Origin: Bacteroidota bacterium
GTDB lineage: Bacteria; Bacteroidota; Bacteroidia; AKYH767-A; OLB10
Direction of reading: 5' to 3'
Length of the DNA stretch: 64,000 nt
NCBI GenBank assembly: GCA_031409815.1
Contig: JANNXV010000011.1
Span: forward strand, 7,148-71,147
The notes under the pieces were generated by a model, which made no database searches, had not been told where the DNA came from, and worked only from the letters and a program-made list of their open reading frames with translations. Below are positions 8,598 through 17,880 of the stretch, piece after piece (positions within the stretch are counted from its first letter, which is position 1; the number at the start of each line of letters is the position of its first letter). Made by a program: the position numbers and the translations under genes.

Positions 8598-10706
8598 ATG
8601 TCCCGTTATCTCGTTACAGCTGCACTTCCCTATGCAAATGGCCCTGTTCACATTGGTCATATTGCAGGATGTTATTTGCCCGCTGATATTTATGTGCGAT
8701 ACCTTCGTCTGATTAATGAAGACGTGAAATTTATTTGTGGTTCAGATGAGCATGGTGTTCCCATTACCATAAAAGCTCGTAACGAAGGGGTAACTCCTCA
8801 GCAAATAGTTGATAAGTATCATAGTATGATGAAGAACTCTTTCGCTGAGTTTGGAATCTCGTTTGATATTTATTCGCGCACAACTAATAAAGTACATCAT
8901 GAAACGGCACAGACATTTTTTAAAAAGCTGTATGATGACAACGTTTTTACTGAAGAAGTTACTGAGCAATATTATGATGAGGAAGTAAAACAATTTTTAG
9001 CCGACCGTTATATTGAGGGCACTTGTCCGCGGTGTGGTTTTGCGCGTGCTTATGGTGATCAGTGCGAGAATTGCGGATCATCATTAAACCCGACTGATTT
9101 GATAAATCCTGTTTCAAAGCTTAGTGGAAAGGCTCCGGTATTGCGTAACACGAAAAATTGGTTTCTGCCATTAAACAAATTTGAAGCGGATTTAAAAAAA
9201 TGGATTGGCTCCCACCAGGAAGACTGGAAAGTAAATGTGTATGGTCAGTGCATGAGTTGGCTGAACACAGGTTTGCAACCACGTGCAATGACGCGTGACC
9301 TGGATTGGGGGGTGAAAGTTCCGTTGCCTGATACGGAAGGAAAAGTTTTGTATGTGTGGTTTGATGCACCGATTGGTTACATCTCTGCAACGAAAGAGCT
9401 GCTACCAAACGACTGGGAAAAATATTGGAAGGATAAAGATTCAAAACTCATTCATTTTATCGGCAAGGACAATATTGTTTTTCATTGTTTGATATTTCCC
9501 GCCATGTTGAAAGCGCATGGCGATTATTTGTTGCCGACCAATGTTCCTGCCAATGAGTTCTTAAATTTAGAAGGAGATAAAATTTCTACTTCGCGCAACT
9601 GGGCGGTGTGGTTGCATGAGTACCTGATTGATTTTAAAGACAAGCAGGATGTGTTGCGATATGTATTATGTGCAACTGCTCCCGAAACAAAAGACAATGA
9701 TTTTACCTGGAAAGATTTTCAGGCGCGAAACAATAATGAGTTGGTTGCAGTGTTCGGAAATTTTGTGAATCGAACATTGGTGCTTACTCAAAAATATTTT
9801 GAAGGAAAAATTCCTCCACATCACAAGCTGATTGATGCTGACCAGGATTGTATCTCTGCAATACAAGCAGCAAAAAGAAACATTAGCGACAGCATTGAAA
9901 AATTCCGTTTCCGTGAAGCGTTGAATGAACTGATGACGTTAGCGCGTGTCGGAAATAAATATTTAGCCGACACCGAACCATGGAAAGTCTATAAAACAGA
10001 TCCTCAACGTGTAGAAACTATTTTATACATCGCATTAGAAATTACCGCTGCACTTGCTGCATTGTGTGAGCCATTTCTTCCTCATACATCAGCAAGCTTG
10101 TATGCCATGCTCAATCTTGAAAAAGTAGATTGGGTAAAAGATTTGACCGGACAAATAATAAAACCCGGACATGCTTTAGGTGAAGTAAAATTATTATTTG
10201 AAAAAATTGAAGACGAAATGATGGACAAGCAAGTGGAGAAGCTACATGCTTCGAAAGCAGTGAATGCACAGCAGTCGGCAGTTGTCAGTGAAAAGGGGAC
10301 AATTGAAAAAAATGCTTCGACTGTGCTCAGCATGACCCAAGAGCCACAGGTCACACTGAGCGAAGTCGAAGTGTTGAAACCCGAAACTTCCTTCGATGAT
10401 TTCAGCAAAATGGATTTGCGTGTGGCAACTATTATCGCTGCTGAAAAAGTGGAGAAAGCTGATAAATTATTAAAGCTTACGCTTGATACCGGCATTGACC
10501 AGCGCACTGTTGTGAGTGGAATTGCATTGAACTACAAACCCGAAGAAATAATAGGACAACGCGTAACACTACTTGCAAATCTTGCTCCACGAAAAATCCG
10601 TGGTATCGAATCGAAGGGAATGATTTTGATGGCGGAGAATGAAAAAGGGGAATTGTGTTTTATTGCTCCGACTAAGGAGTTTGGGAATGGGAGTGGGATA
10701 AGCTAA
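8598..10706 (+). CDS. metG: methionyl-tRNA synthetase with C-terminal EMAP/tRNA-binding domain
   Basis: 702 aa with HIGH ([11 protein letters not shown]), a zinc knuckle (CPRCGF...CENCG) and KMSKS-like motifs. A C-terminal tRNA-binding domain follows ([22 protein letters not shown]). Confidence 0.95.
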   Translation: MSRYLVTAALPYANGPVHIGHIAGCYLPADIYVRYLRLINEDVKFICGSDEHGVPITIKARNEGVTPQQIVDKYHSMMKNSFAEFGISFDIYSRTTNKVHHETAQTFFKKLYDDNVFTEEVTEQYYDEEVKQFLADRYIEGTCPRCGFARAYGDQCENCGSSLNPTDLINPVSKLSGKAPVLRNTKNWFLPLNKFEADLKKWIGSHQEDWKVNVYGQCMSWLNTGLQPRAMTRDLDWGVKVPLPDTEGKVLYVWFDAPIGYISATKELLPNDWEKYWKDKDSKLIHFIGKDNIVFHCLIFPAMLKAHGDYLLPTNVPANEFLNLEGDKISTSRNWAVWLHEYLIDFKDKQDVLRYVLCATAPETKDNDFTWKDFQARNNNELVAVFGNFVNRTLVLTQKYFEGKIPPHHKLIDADQDCISAIQAAKRNISDSIEKFRFREALNELMTLARVGNKYLADTEPWKVYKTDPQRVETILYIALEITAALAALCEPFLPHTSASLYAMLNLEKVDWVKDLTGQIIKPGHALGEVKLLFEKIEDEMMDKQVEKLHASKAVNAQQSAVVSEKGTIEKNASTVLSMTQEPQVTLSEVEVLKPETSFDDFSKMDLRVATIIAAEKVEKADKLLKLTLDTGIDQRTVVSGIALNYKPEEIIGQRVTLLANLAPRKIRGIESKGMILMAENEKGELCFIAPTKEFGNGSGIS
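10334..10371 (+). repeat. remnant of the GTCATGCTGAGCGAAGTCGAAGC hairpin family embedded in-frame in metG linker
   Basis: GCTCAGCATGACCC at 10325-10338 and CTGAGCGAAGTCGAAG at 10356-10371 match the left and right arms of the 14193-14250 hairpin. Together they are translated as [17 protein letters not shown]. Confidence 0.55.
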
Positions 10707-10779
10707 TTAGTTTTTTGTTTGAGATGAACTTTATTAGGTATTTTTCGTAAGAAAACGTGTTCAAAAATTTACCCATATA

Positions 10780-13236
10780 ATGATTGTATTAAAATTCGGT
10801 GGCACTTCTGTTTTGGATGCGGACAGAATTAAACATGTTGCCACTATACTTAAATCGTATCACGCCAAAAAAATAAAAATTGCTGCGGTGTTTTCTGCTT
10901 TTGGCGGAGTCACCGACCAGTTGATTGAAGCCAGCCGCATGGCAGCCGCGAACGACCAACATGCGTTTATCACATTGAAAGAAATTGAGAAGCGCCATAT
11001 TGATGCAGTTAAGAAACTGCTTAATAAAAATTTGTTGGATAAAACGCTGGCTCATGTAAATCTTTCGCTGAAAGAACTCACGGATATGATTCACGGTGTG
11101 TTCTTAGTGCGTGAGTTGTCCGACAGAAGTCTGGATTTTATTGCAAGTTTCGGTGAGCGGCTTTCGGCATATATCATTAGCCAGTATTTAAAAGAGCAAC
11201 GTATAAATGTTGATTTCACGGATACACGCGACTTGATAAAAACGGATAAACATTTTGGTTCAGCGCATGTTGATTTTACCAAAACTAATGTGAATCTTAA
11301 AAAATATTTTCGCGATTTAAAATCAACAGCCATCGTTACGGGTTTCATCGGTTCATCAAAAGAGGGTGAAACGACTACACTTGGCCGTGGTGGTTCTGAT
11401 TACACAGCCGCCATTATTGGTGCTGCGCTGGATGCAAAAGAAATTCATATCTGGACAGATGTGGATGGTGTACTCACAGCAGATCCTCGCAAAGTGAAAA
11501 AAGCATTTCCGTTGTTGCATCTTACTTACGAGGAAGCAATGGAGATGTCACATTTCGGTGCGAAGGTGATTCATCCGCCAACGATACAACCTGCGCTTGC
11601 AAAAGGAATTCCGTTACGAATTAAAAACACTTTCAATCCTGATTATGACGGAACGCTGATCACACAAAAAAGCAAGGGACAGGAATTTATGATTAAAGGA
11701 ATTTCGTCTATTGATAAAATTTCGTTGCTCACGATGATGGGTAGCGGCATGATTGGTGTTGCAGGAATTTCTGCGCGTTTGTTCGGTGCGCTTGCAAAAA
11801 ATAAAATCAGTGCGATATTGATTACGCAAGGCTCATCCGAACATTCTATTTCGTTTGCCGTTGTGCCTGCTGATGCTGAACATGCACAACACGCCATCCG
11901 CGAAGAATTCTCGTTAGAGATGAAAGCGAAATTGATTAACGAAATCAAAGTGGAGAAAAATCTTTCCATTATTGCCATTATCGGTGAAAACATGAAACAC
12001 GTTCCCGGAATTTCAGGACGTTTGTTTGGTGCGTTGGGTAAGAATGGAATCAACGTTGTGGCTACTGCACAAGGTTCGTCAGAGTTAAATATTTCAGTTG
12101 TTATCAACGATCAGAATCTTTCCAAAGCATTAAACGCCATTCACGAATCTTTCTTTTTATCAGGAACAAAAACGCTCAACATTTTTATGGTGGGAGTTGG
12201 TTTGATTGGAAAAACATTGATTGAGCAAATAAACAAACAAGCCGCCTATCTTAAACAAAATAAAGCGCTCGAATTAAATTTTATTGGTGTTGCCAACAGT
12301 AAAAAAATGTTTTTTAATGAGAATGGTATTGCAAGAAAAAATATTTCGCAACAATTAGAATACGCAAAACAAACGATGAGCATGAAATCGTTTGTGAAAG
12401 AAATGTGCGCATTGAATTTACCCAACAGTGTTTTTGTTGACAATACTGCGAATGCTGATGTCGCTTCTTTTTACAATGAGATTTTAGAATCGAGCATCTC
12501 TGTTGTTACCCCAAACAAAGTTGCTAACTCAGGAACGTATGCTCAATATCTGAAACTAAAAAACAGTGCAGCAAAAAGAAACGTTAAGTTTTTGTATGAA
12601 ACAAATGTGGGCGCAGGTTTGCCGGTGATAACTACGCTGAACGATTTAATGACGAGTGGTGATAAAATTTTAAAGATTGAAGCCGTGTTGTCAGGAACGC
12701 TTTCTTTTATTTTTAATAATTACAAGCATCCGAAAAAATTCAGCGACATTGTAAAAGAAGCACAGGAAAAAGGATACACCGAACCCGACCCTCGCACTGA
12801 TTTAAGCGGGTTGGATGTAATGCGCAAACTCTTAATCCTCGCCCGCGAATGTGGAATTGGTTTGGAATCCAATGATATTACGATACAAAAACTGTTGCCA
12901 CCGGAATGCATGAAGCCAAAAACAATTCCTGATTTTTATATTGCGTTGCAAAAAGCAGATACACATTTTGAAAAGATGCGTGATGCAGCAGAGCAAAAGG
13001 GAAATATGTTACGCTTCATCGCAAGCTTAGATGGAACAAAAGCAAGTATCAGTTTGCAGGAAGTAAATCAATCGCATCCGTTTTATAATCTTTCAGGAAG
13101 TGATAACATTATTTCCTTCACCACAGAACGTTACAAAGAACGTCCGTTGGTTATCAAAGGTCCCGGTGCGGGTGCGGAGGTAACTGCTGCAGGTGTGTTT
13201 GCTGAGATTATTGGGATTAGTAACTATCTTTCCTAG
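10780..13236 (+). CDS. thrA: bifunctional aspartokinase / homoserine dehydrogenase
   Basis: 818 aa. The N-terminal aspartokinase has MIVLKFGGTSV and GGSDYTA. Two ACT domains follow. The C-terminal homoserine dehydrogenase has an NAD-binding motif (IFMVGVGLIGKTL). Confidence 0.9.
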   Translation: MIVLKFGGTSVLDADRIKHVATILKSYHAKKIKIAAVFSAFGGVTDQLIEASRMAAANDQHAFITLKEIEKRHIDAVKKLLNKNLLDKTLAHVNLSLKELTDMIHGVFLVRELSDRSLDFIASFGERLSAYIISQYLKEQRINVDFTDTRDLIKTDKHFGSAHVDFTKTNVNLKKYFRDLKSTAIVTGFIGSSKEGETTTLGRGGSDYTAAIIGAALDAKEIHIWTDVDGVLTADPRKVKKAFPLLHLTYEEAMEMSHFGAKVIHPPTIQPALAKGIPLRIKNTFNPDYDGTLITQKSKGQEFMIKGISSIDKISLLTMMGSGMIGVAGISARLFGALAKNKISAILITQGSSEHSISFAVVPADAEHAQHAIREEFSLEMKAKLINEIKVEKNLSIIAIIGENMKHVPGISGRLFGALGKNGINVVATAQGSSELNISVVINDQNLSKALNAIHESFFLSGTKTLNIFMVGVGLIGKTLIEQINKQAAYLKQNKALELNFIGVANSKKMFFNENGIARKNISQQLEYAKQTMSMKSFVKEMCALNLPNSVFVDNTANADVASFYNEILESSISVVTPNKVANSGTYAQYLKLKNSAAKRNVKFLYETNVGAGLPVITTLNDLMTSGDKILKIEAVLSGTLSFIFNNYKHPKKFSDIVKEAQEKGYTEPDPRTDLSGLDVMRKLLILARECGIGLESNDITIQKLLPPECMKPKTIPDFYIALQKADTHFEKMRDAAEQKGNMLRFIASLDGTKASISLQEVNQSHPFYNLSGSDNIISFTTERYKERPLVIKGPGAGAEVTAAGVFAEIIGISNYLS

Positions 13237-14169
13237 ATGAATCAATCCATAAAAGTTTTCGCCCCGGCAACGGTAGCCAACGTAGGTTGCGGTTTTGATG
13301 TATTGGGTTTTGCAATACACGGACCCGGTGATAAAATCATCATGCGATTGAATGAAACAAAAAAAGTTTCTGTTGAATCAATCACAGGTGATAATGGTTC
13401 GCTTTCAAAAAACGCACATGAAAATACTGCAAGTGTAGCAGTGCTTGCAATGCTTAAAAAATTAAAATCAAAACAAGGATTGAGTATTGAGTTGCACAAG
13501 CAAATGCCGTTGAAAAGCGGTTTAGGTTCGAGTGCGGCAAGTGCAGTTGCAGGGGTATTTGCATTGAATGAATTATTAAACCGCCCGTTTTCAAAAGAAG
13601 AATTAATTCCGTTTGCAATGGAAGGTGAGCGTGTTGCATGCGGCACTGCTCATGCAGATAATGTGGCTCCATCCATGTTAGGCGGTTTAGTTTTGGTGCA
13701 TAGTTTAAATCCTTTGCAAGTAGTAAAGATTAATTCACCTTCAAAATTATTTTGTTGTGTGGTGCATCCACATTTAGAATTAGCTACAAAAAAATCAAGA
13801 GCTGCATTACCTAAACAAATCCCCTTACAAACAGCAGTAAAGCAATGGGCAAATGTTGGAGGATTGGTTGCAGGTTTTATGAAAAAAGATTTTGCTTTGA
13901 TCGGTTCTTCTATCGAAGATTTTGTTGCTGAACCCAATCGTTCAAAACTGATTAAAGGATTTGATGAAGTAAAGAAAGCTGCTATGAAATCAGGAGCATT
14001 AGGTTGCAGCATCTCAGGTTCGGGACCGACAGTATTTGCTTTGAGTGATAATAAAGAGAAATGCAAGTCAATTGCAAAAGCGATGCAAAATGCTTTTGCA
14101 AAATTTAATGTTGGGAGTGAACATTATGTTTCTACTATTAATAATAATGGAGTAAAAATTATTTCCTGA
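13237..14169 (+). CDS. thrB: homoserine kinase
   Basis: 310 aa with a GHMP kinase motif (PLKSGLGSSAASAVA). The gene starts immediately after the thrA stop. Confidence 0.9.
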   Translation: MNQSIKVFAPATVANVGCGFDVLGFAIHGPGDKIIMRLNETKKVSVESITGDNGSLSKNAHENTASVAVLAMLKKLKSKQGLSIELHKQMPLKSGLGSSAASAVAGVFALNELLNRPFSKEELIPFAMEGERVACGTAHADNVAPSMLGGLVLVHSLNPLQVVKINSPSKLFCCVVHPHLELATKKSRAALPKQIPLQTAVKQWANVGGLVAGFMKKDFALIGSSIEDFVAEPNRSKLIKGFDEVKKAAMKSGALGCSISGSGPTVFALSDNKEKCKSIAKAMQNAFAKFNVGSEHYVSTINNNGVKIIS

Positions 14170-14192
14170 GATGAATAATGCCTCAACACAAT

Positions 14193-14250
14193 GCTTCGAC
14201 TTCGCTCAGCATGACCCACACGTACGGGTCATGCTGAGCGAAGTCGAAGC
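14193..14250. repeat. perfect 25-bp-stem hairpin (GCTTCGACTTCGCTCAGCATGACCC / GGGTCATGCTGAGCGAAGTCGAAGC, loop ACACGTAC); member of a dispersed hairpin family; likely terminator between thrB and thrC
   Basis: The arms at 14193-14217 and 14226-14250 are exact reverse complements. Confidence 0.8.
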
Positions 14251-14262
14251 ACTATCAATTAA

Positions 14263-15567
14263 ATGCTAATGCAATTATATTCCACAAAAAATAAATCAAA
14301 ATTATTTACGCTTGAAGAAGCTGTTGTAAAAGGTTTGCCCGATGACAACGGCTTGTTCATGCCTGTTGAAATTCCTTTGTTGCCAAAATCATTTTTTCGG
14401 GAGATGCAACAAATGTCGTTTCAAGATATTGCTTACACGGTTGCTCAAACTTTAGTTGGTGATAGTGTTCCTGTTAATGAATTAAAAAAGATTGTTCATC
14501 ATGCTGTAAACTTTGCAGCGCCTATTATTGAGATAGAAAAAAATATTTATGTTTTAGAATTATTTCACGGACCCACACTTGCATTTAAAGATTTTGGTGC
14601 TAGGTTTATGTCTGGTTTGCTGCAATACTTTGTTGGCAGACAGGGAAAGAAATTAACCATCCTTGTTGCTACTTCAGGTGATACAGGTGGAGCGGTAGCT
14701 TCCGGTTTTTATGACGTGGAGGGAATTGAAGTAATCATTCTTTATCCTTCAAAAAAAGTAAGTGGTTTGCAGGAAAAACAACTTACAACGCTAGGGAAAA
14801 ATATTACAGCATTAGAAGTTGACGGAACATTTGATGATTGCCAGCATTTAGTGAAGCAAGCGTTTCTTGATGCTGAAATCAATCAGCATCTGCGTTTAAC
14901 TTCTGCCAACTCTATCAATATTGCGCGATTGATTCCTCAGACATTTTATTATTTCAATGCAATTGCACAATTAAAAACTACGGCTAGGGAAATTGTTTTT
15001 TCTGTTCCCAGCGGAAATTTTGGAAACCTCACAGCAGGATTAATTGCAAAGCGAATGGGATTACCTATTCATAAATTTATAGCAGCAACGAATGCAAATG
15101 ATATTGTACCCAACTATTTATTGAAAGGAATTTTTTCTCCAAAAGCAAGTGTGGCAACTATCAGCAATGCAATGGATGTGGGTAACCCAAGTAATTTTTA
15201 CCGCATGATGGATTTGTATGACAACGACCTGAGCAAAATTTCAAAAGACATTGCTGGCATCAGCATCACCGATGAAGAAACTAAACAAACCATCCAGTCA
15301 GTTTTTCAAAATCTTCATTACACACTCGACCCTCATGGAGCAGTTGGATATCTTGCTTTAAAGAAATATGTAGCAGCAAATTCTTTTGACAAAGCGATAT
15401 TTTTAGAAACTGCGCATCCTGCCAAATTTCCTGAAGTGGTGGAAGAGGTGACCAATGAAAAAATTGTTCTGCCAAAGCAATTGTCAGCTTTGATTTCTAA
15501 AACGAAAAGTTCTGTTTTAATGGGCAAAGAGTTTGAGAGTTTTAAGGAGTTTCTTCTAAAGAAATAA
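14263..15567 (+). CDS. thrC: threonine synthase
   Basis: 434 aa. A PLP-lysine region (PTLAFKDFG) is present, and the overall layout matches long-form ThrC. Confidence 0.9.
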   Translation: MLMQLYSTKNKSKLFTLEEAVVKGLPDDNGLFMPVEIPLLPKSFFREMQQMSFQDIAYTVAQTLVGDSVPVNELKKIVHHAVNFAAPIIEIEKNIYVLELFHGPTLAFKDFGARFMSGLLQYFVGRQGKKLTILVATSGDTGGAVASGFYDVEGIEVIILYPSKKVSGLQEKQLTTLGKNITALEVDGTFDDCQHLVKQAFLDAEINQHLRLTSANSINIARLIPQTFYYFNAIAQLKTTAREIVFSVPSGNFGNLTAGLIAKRMGLPIHKFIAATNANDIVPNYLLKGIFSPKASVATISNAMDVGNPSNFYRMMDLYDNDLSKISKDIAGISITDEETKQTIQSVFQNLHYTLDPHGAVGYLALKKYVAANSFDKAIFLETAHPAKFPEVVEEVTNEKIVLPKQLSALISKTKSSVLMGKEFESFKEFLLKK

Positions 15568-15590
15568 TAGTAAGGTTTGTAAATTCCATT

Positions 15591-15655
15591 TTGTCATGCT
15601 GACGAAGGAAGCATCTCTCTGGTGCCGCGAGATGCTTCCTTCGTCAGCATGACAA
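15591..15655. repeat. perfect 27-bp-stem hairpin (TTGTCATGCTGACGAAGGAAGCATCTC ... GAGATGCTTCCTTCGTCAGCATGACAA); same family as 14193-14250; terminator after thrC
   Basis: The arms at 15591-15617 and 15629-15655 are exact reverse complements. The 11-nt loop is TCTGGTGCCGC. Confidence 0.8.
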
Positions 15656-15731
15656 ACAATAGTGAGCATGATAGAAAATCGCAATAATGACCACTCTGTT
15701 TTCGTAGCTTTGCCGCTGATTAATACCTCAC

Positions 15732-17390
15732 ATGACAAAACAATTACTTTACACATTAATACTTGGTTTTTCTTTTTATTACTCTCAATCACAAACTTTA
15801 ACGGTTAGCACTTCACAATTAAATTTTGGAATTACTTATGAAAACGCACCGGATAGTTTACAACTCACCATTACTAATAATCTTGGAAAAACAGTTAACG
15901 TAACCGGATTTCGTTTTTATACTATTTATGGTCAGCCTGCCTTCTCTTGTTCCAATTCAAATTTTAGTATCGCAGATGGAAGTTCTCAAACTGTCTGGAT
16001 AAAATTTGCTCCAAAGCATAATATTTATCATAATTCAGAATTAGTAATTGAGAATGATGCGCAGCGAGGATATGTAAGCGTAGATTTGTTAGGGCAAGGG
16101 AGATATTCAAAAGCATATTATGCAGCAAGTGAAAATTTGGAAGAGGAATCGTTAAAAACAAATTTGCATAATACAACCGGAGTTGGATACACTATTCTTT
16201 TTTATAATCCTGCGCGCGACACCATGTTTATGTGGCTCGACAATCAAAAAGTAAATGGACAAGGTGCTTCACAAAACACACTTGAATGTGTTTACACGGG
16301 TCGTCAGGCAATCGGATATTTAAATCGCTCCGATTGCCAAACCAACGATATGTTTAATACTGAACACACTTTTCCTCAGGGATTATTCAGTAGCCTTGAA
16401 CCGATGAAAAGTGATTTGCACCATCTATTTCCTACGGATGATGTTGCCAATAATACAAGAGCCAGTTATCCTTTTGGAGTTGTAACAAATGCAACCTGGA
16501 GTGTAGGTGGTTCCAAGTTCGATAATAACACAAATATTTTTGAACCGCGCGATCAACATAAAGGTGCAACAGCAAGAGCGATGTTATACTTTGTAATGCG
16601 TTATCAGAACTACAATAATTTTTTAAATTCACAGGAAAGTATTTTGAAAACATGGAATCATAATTTTCTTCCCTCAACAGTTGAACTCAATCGCAATGAT
16701 GGTATTTATGCTGTTCAAGGAAACCGTAATCCTTTTGTTGATTATCCTCAGTTTGCTGATCGTATCACCTCTTTTTCCTCCACTTCAGTTGCTCCCACCA
16801 CATTTTCGATGGACGAAACTCAGAACGAAATCAATTACGGTTTTGTATTAAGCAGCACAAATACAGTTTATCATTATGTAATTGTGAACAATGGAAATCA
16901 AAATATTCAGTTCAGTAATTTTAGTTTAAGCAATGCTGCGATTTTAAGTTTTAACGGGGGTAGTGGAACTAACGCTTCACTTAATCCCGGAGAAGCATTA
17001 GGTGTGGATATTGATTTGCATCCTTCTTCTTTTGGGATGATAAATGAGACATTAAATTTTCAAACCAATGTACCGGGATCTGCTACTGTGCAGGTTCCAA
17101 TTCTGGCACAGTCAACTGCTGTGGGCGTGGCAGAAATTAATTCGTCATCAACCATAAATATTTATCCTAACCCGGTTGTTGATGAATTGGAAGTTACCGG
17201 TTTCAACTTTAATGTTGGCGATGAGATAAAAATGGTAAACGCACTAGGAAAGGAAACAAAGTCGGAAAGTGTAAATACTAAAATTTCAAATCTGAGGCTT
17301 CGAACTACAGACCTGGCACAGGGAGTTTATTTTTTAATGACCTATCGCAACAATCAGTTAATTGCAAAGGCTCCATTTGTTAAATACTAA
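15732..17390 (+). CDS. secreted endonuclease I family nuclease with T9SS C-terminal sorting domain
   Basis: 552 aa with a signal peptide. FNTEHTFPQ...DLHHLFPTDDVANNTRASYPFG resembles the Endonuclease I (EndA/NucM) active-site blocks. The last ~80 aa (IYPNPVVDELEV...GVYFLMTYRNNQLIAKAPFVKY) match the Por/T9SS CTD pattern. Confidence 0.6.
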   Translation: MTKQLLYTLILGFSFYYSQSQTLTVSTSQLNFGITYENAPDSLQLTITNNLGKTVNVTGFRFYTIYGQPAFSCSNSNFSIADGSSQTVWIKFAPKHNIYHNSELVIENDAQRGYVSVDLLGQGRYSKAYYAASENLEEESLKTNLHNTTGVGYTILFYNPARDTMFMWLDNQKVNGQGASQNTLECVYTGRQAIGYLNRSDCQTNDMFNTEHTFPQGLFSSLEPMKSDLHHLFPTDDVANNTRASYPFGVVTNATWSVGGSKFDNNTNIFEPRDQHKGATARAMLYFVMRYQNYNNFLNSQESILKTWNHNFLPSTVELNRNDGIYAVQGNRNPFVDYPQFADRITSFSSTSVAPTTFSMDETQNEINYGFVLSSTNTVYHYVIVNNGNQNIQFSNFSLSNAAILSFNGGSGTNASLNPGEALGVDIDLHPSSFGMINETLNFQTNVPGSATVQVPILAQSTAVGVAEINSSSTINIYPNPVVDELEVTGFNFNVGDEIKMVNALGKETKSESVNTKISNLRLRTTDLAQGVYFLMTYRNNQLIAKAPFVKY

Positions 17391-17426
17391 GTCACTCAAT
17401 TAAATTATTTTTGCCGCCAATATCCT

Positions 17427-17498
17427 GGTCTCGTAGTTCAATGGATAGAATAGAAGTTTCCTAAACTTTTGATGCAGGTTCGATTCCTGTCGAGACTA
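17427..17498 (+). tRNA. tRNA-Arg (anticodon CCT)
   Basis: Manual cloverleaf fold. The acceptor stem is GGTCTCG/CGAGACT with a G1-U72 wobble. The D-arm is GTTC...GAAT. The anticodon stem is GAAGT/ACTTT with loop TTCCTAA. The T-arm is GCAGG-TTCGATT-CCTGT, and the discriminator is A. Confidence 0.8.
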
Positions 17499-17512
17499 CA
17501 AAAAATGGGAGT

Positions 17513-17755
17513 ATGTATTATGCATACGTTTTGAAAAGTAAAAATCATGACTATTATTACAAAGGTCATTGTCATGATTTGCAAAAACGACTAACCCAAC
17601 ATAATTCCGGGATGACTGCATCCATACGACCTTATATCCCGTTTGAAATAGTTTATACTGAAAGTTTTGAATCGGAAGCAGATGCAATTCAAAGAGAAAA
17701 ATATTTTAAGTCTGCTGCCGGAAGAAGATATTTAAAAAGGAAAATTGTTCCGTAG
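17513..17755 (+). CDS. small GIY-YIG nuclease family protein (UPF0213/YhbQ-like)
   Basis: 80 aa. YYAYVLKS and YYYKGHCHDLQKRLTQHNSG are the GIY and YIG motifs. A conserved Glu lies in the FEIVYTESFES...REKYFK block. The gene sits between a tRNA-Arg and its degenerate duplicate. Confidence 0.85.
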   Translation: MYYAYVLKSKNHDYYYKGHCHDLQKRLTQHNSGMTASIRPYIPFEIVYTESFESEADAIQREKYFKSAAGRRYLKRKIVP

Positions 17756-17873
17756 CTCAATTCTCGTTCGAACGAACTATTCGGTACAGACGGGGAATAG
17801 AAGTTTCCTAAACTTTTGATGCAGGTTCCCTGCCCGAATGAATTCGTTCAGGCGGGGATTCCTGTCGGGACTA
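17747..17873 (+). other. degenerate duplicate of tRNA-Arg(CCT) interrupted by two mutually complementary insertions (tRNA-like remnant / att-like repeat)
   Basis: 17796-17828 is identical to tRNA positions 23-55. 17858-17873 (ATTCCTGTCGGGACTA) matches the tRNA 3' end with one change. The 5' GTTCCGTAGCTCAAT resembles the tRNA 5' end. The insertions at 17762-17795 and 17829-17857 are roughly reverse-complementary (GAACGAA..ATTCGG..CAG versus CTG..CCGAAT..TTCGTTC). Confidence 0.6.
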
Positions 17874-17880
17874 CAAAAAA

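Noticed and set aside
11643-14066. Antisense ORFs inside thrA/thrB (e.g. 11643..12107(-), 13242..13646(-), 13650..14066(-))
   Set aside because: They lie entirely within and opposite strongly supported genes with clear homology. Their composition is typical of shadow ORFs.
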